Virus record (IMG/VR): IMGVR_UViG_3300014208_000533
Location: 1 to 46,961 of that record
DNA: 46,961 nt
DNA from: a virus
Taxonomy: Duplodnaviria > Caudoviricetes
Reading direction: 5' to 3' (one strand)
Positions 44,964 to 46,961 of this stretch are shown here, piece after piece. Below the pieces are notes generated by a model. That model saw nothing but the letters and a program-made list of their open reading frames with translations. It made no database searches and was not told the DNA's origin. How positions within the stretch are numbered: position 1 is the first letter of the stretch; each line of letters starts with the position of its first letter. The position numbers and the translations under genes were made by a program.

Positions 44964-46058
44964 TTATCTCCATCTTCCGAAGTACATGACTTCCAAAATG
45001 ATCTCTTCGTACGCCCAGTCACCGGCGGACTCTAGCCAGATGCAGCACCACATAGACCGTGCCCTCGGCCAGCCCGTGCTGCTCCGCCCGGCGCTCCACA
45101 CCCCTGAACTCGATATGTACTGGTCGTAGTCGTTCCCGGCCAGCGATGCGGTGATGGCCAATTTGCCGTTTGCACATGCTTCTTCGGCGGAAGTTCCGGG
45201 GACGATCCGCCACGCGACGTCATCGCCTCCGGAGGCCATGATGCCGTGGATCGTCTGGATGAGCCCGAACTGATTTGGTGCCCCAAGGCGGATCGGACCG
45301 ACCAGGAGGTGGCTGTCGGTCGATGTCAGGTCGAACGGCCAGAACTGCTCGCGGGCTGTGTCGTAGAACCACGACGGGCCGGTCGTCAGGTGAATGTAGA
45401 CTCCGCGGTCGGGGTGGTAGTAGTCCAACACGCACGCCGCGTCAGATACTCCGGTCAGGTGCTCCGGAATTCTGTCCTCCGAGAGTGCCGTCAGACCGCT
45501 CCCGTCTGCTCCGACCGAATACAGGCCGTGGGAGGACAGGAAGTAGATCGTGTCGTGATTCACACACCACGCACTCGCTCCGATGATTCCGATCTTGTCA
45601 GAGATCCGACGGCGGGCACCAGTAACCGGATCGCCAGAGCACACCCAGGTTTCGTTGGCCGTGAAGCACAAGAGGTGCGCGTCCTTGTGCGGGACCACGG
45701 CCACTACGTTAGCGCCCGTCTCGCCGGCCAGCGATAACGGGAACTTAGTCGGGCGGGCCGTGTCGGACAGGTCAGCGCTCACGTCCGTGTCCGTGGAGTC
45801 ACCCTGCCTCGACGCCGTAATGATGGCCCCGGAGAAGGTTATCGCCCGGTCCCGGTAGACGGGCGAGCTTTTCGTGCCGGCCACCTGGGCCGTGAACGAG
45901 CCGCCGCGGAGACGATTCGTCAGGGAGTCCTCAAGGCGGGCGTTGATCGACCAGGGACAAGGATAGTCCTGGGCGCTGTACGACCGTTCGTGCGAGTAGC
46001 GACGGACCACTCCCATGGACGGGAACCGCAACTCGAATGTTTTGGGCTTGGACGGCAT
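44964..46058 (-). CDS. tail/DNA stabilisation protein (P22 gp10-like beta-propeller)
   Basis: LLCFTANETW..SGDP..RRISDKIGI, IYFLSSHGLY, LSEDRIP, WFYD. Confidence 0.7.
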   Translation of the reverse strand: MPSKPKTFELRFPSMGVVRRYSHERSYSAQDYPCPWSINARLEDSLTNRLRGGSFTAQVAGTKSSPVYRDRAITFSGAIITASRQGDSTDTDVSADLSDTARPTKFPLSLAGETGANVVAVVPHKDAHLLCFTANETWVCSGDPVTGARRRISDKIGIIGASAWCVNHDTIYFLSSHGLYSVGADGSGLTALSEDRIPEHLTGVSDAACVLDYYHPDRGVYIHLTTGPSWFYDTAREQFWPFDLTSTDSHLLVGPIRLGAPNQFGLIQTIHGIMASGGDDVAWRIVPGTSAEEACANGKLAITASLAGNDYDQYISSSGVWSAGRSSTGWPRARSMWCCIWLESAGDWAYEEIILEVMYFGRWR

Positions 46059-46061
46059 CGG

Positions 46062-46820
46062 CTATACCTCGGTACCTCCGTTCCAGGTGGTGTATCCGTC
46101 CACCAAATCCAACACTCGCCGGATACTGGACCGGCCGCGCATCTGCACGTTTTTGCCGCCCATCGACCCCAGGTTCCGCGGCTGCTTGCGAAGGTCAATC
46201 GCGATATGGGCCATCAGGGAATCGCGGAACGCCTGCTCCTTTATAGTCTCCCCGTCTCGGAATTTCGTCTCCACCGCCGCCAGGCAGGCCGCCACGAACA
46301 ATTCCCCGTGGGCTGGCCCGCCAGGCGGATAGGGCCGGGCGTCGCTCAATTCGCGGACTCCGATCTGGTACACGGCCACCAGCTTGTACTCCGCATCCGG
46401 CGTGGGCTCCAGAACCAACTGCTGTTGCTGCTCCGACACACCATCGTGTGCGACCGACTCAATCGCAAAGCACGACGGGGTACCCTTGCTATCGGAATCG
46501 CCTCGCAACTGCATCAACCGGCTGGCGGGCAATTGACCAATTGAGCCGTATCCGTAGTGCTCTCCGTCAAAATGGATCACGTTCGGGATGAACTGCTCGA
46601 AGTCCAGGGGCAACGTGTACCGTCTCTGTCCGTCGGCGGTTTTCCACGACCATTTCGGACGCATCCACGACCATTGATGCTGCCCGTTGTGAATGACCCG
46701 GTCGACGCCCGTGCGGATGCAGTATTCCACCGCCGAACTCGTATTGCTGTCCCACGCGTCTTCGGCGGTTCCAATGTAGTAGGCGATTTCCGCCTTTATT
46801 GTGGAATATGTTACGCTCAT
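46062..46820 (-). CDS. head-tail adaptor / tail tubular protein A-like
   Basis: HQWSWMR, TADGQRRYTLPLDF, GTPSCF, LEPTPDAEY, HGELFVAACLA. Confidence 0.75.
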   Translation of the reverse strand: MSVTYSTIKAEIAYYIGTAEDAWDSNTSSAVEYCIRTGVDRVIHNGQHQWSWMRPKWSWKTADGQRRYTLPLDFEQFIPNVIHFDGEHYGYGSIGQLPASRLMQLRGDSDSKGTPSCFAIESVAHDGVSEQQQQLVLEPTPDAEYKLVAVYQIGVRELSDARPYPPGGPAHGELFVAACLAAVETKFRDGETIKEQAFRDSLMAHIAIDLRKQPRNLGSMGGKNVQMRGRSSIRRVLDLVDGYTTWNGGTEV

Positions 46821-46830
46821 TCCGATCTCC

Positions 46831-46959
46831 CTAAGTAGCAACAACCAAGCGGACTCTGGCTACTTCTGTGGAACTTTGGTTCTTGATCCAGATTTCGCCA
46901 ATTGTGGAAGCCGTCCCAGCCAGGGTGTCGATCGTCCCGTCTAGAAGTTGCGTATCGTC
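46831..46959 (-). CDS. 3' end of a truncated virion gene
   Basis: open frame ...DGTIDTLAGTASTIGEIWIKNQSSTEVARVRLVVAT* running in from the window edge. Confidence 0.55.
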   Translation of the reverse strand, partial: DDTQLLDGTIDTLAGTASTIGEIWIKNQSSTEVARVRLVVAT

Positions 46960-46961
46960 CG

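Overview
A 47-kb segment of a GC-rich tailed (podovirus-like) dsDNA bacteriophage, mostly encoded on the minus strand. From right to left: tail adaptor and stabilisation genes; a free-standing antisense HNH endonuclease; Cys-rich and minor virion genes; internal virion proteins, including a giant (~3,680 aa, frameshift-split) polyvalent protein with ParB-like and Strawberry-notch/SF2 helicase domains; a plus-strand early-type island of small genes; a ~0.9-kb non-coding skew-switch region; a divergent HTH/tyrosine-recombinase module; terminase large subunit with an intein that hides an out-of-frame HNH gene; portal, scaffold, major capsid and decoration-type genes; and a nine-gene cluster of glycosyltransferases, SAM methyltransferase-like proteins and radical SAM enzymes. 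The best candidate novel system is two unrelated virion proteins 32 kb apart that carry the same strictly alternating (S/T)-X C-terminal tail (TPSHTVSA repeats). One of them is translationally coupled to the enzyme cluster, suggesting a phage-encoded acceptor-tag virion glycosylation/modification pathway. Also notable are two covarying attenuator-like leader RNAs and an anti-RBS seed at the 3' end of the early transcript. All product calls come from motif recognition by eye; no database searches were run.
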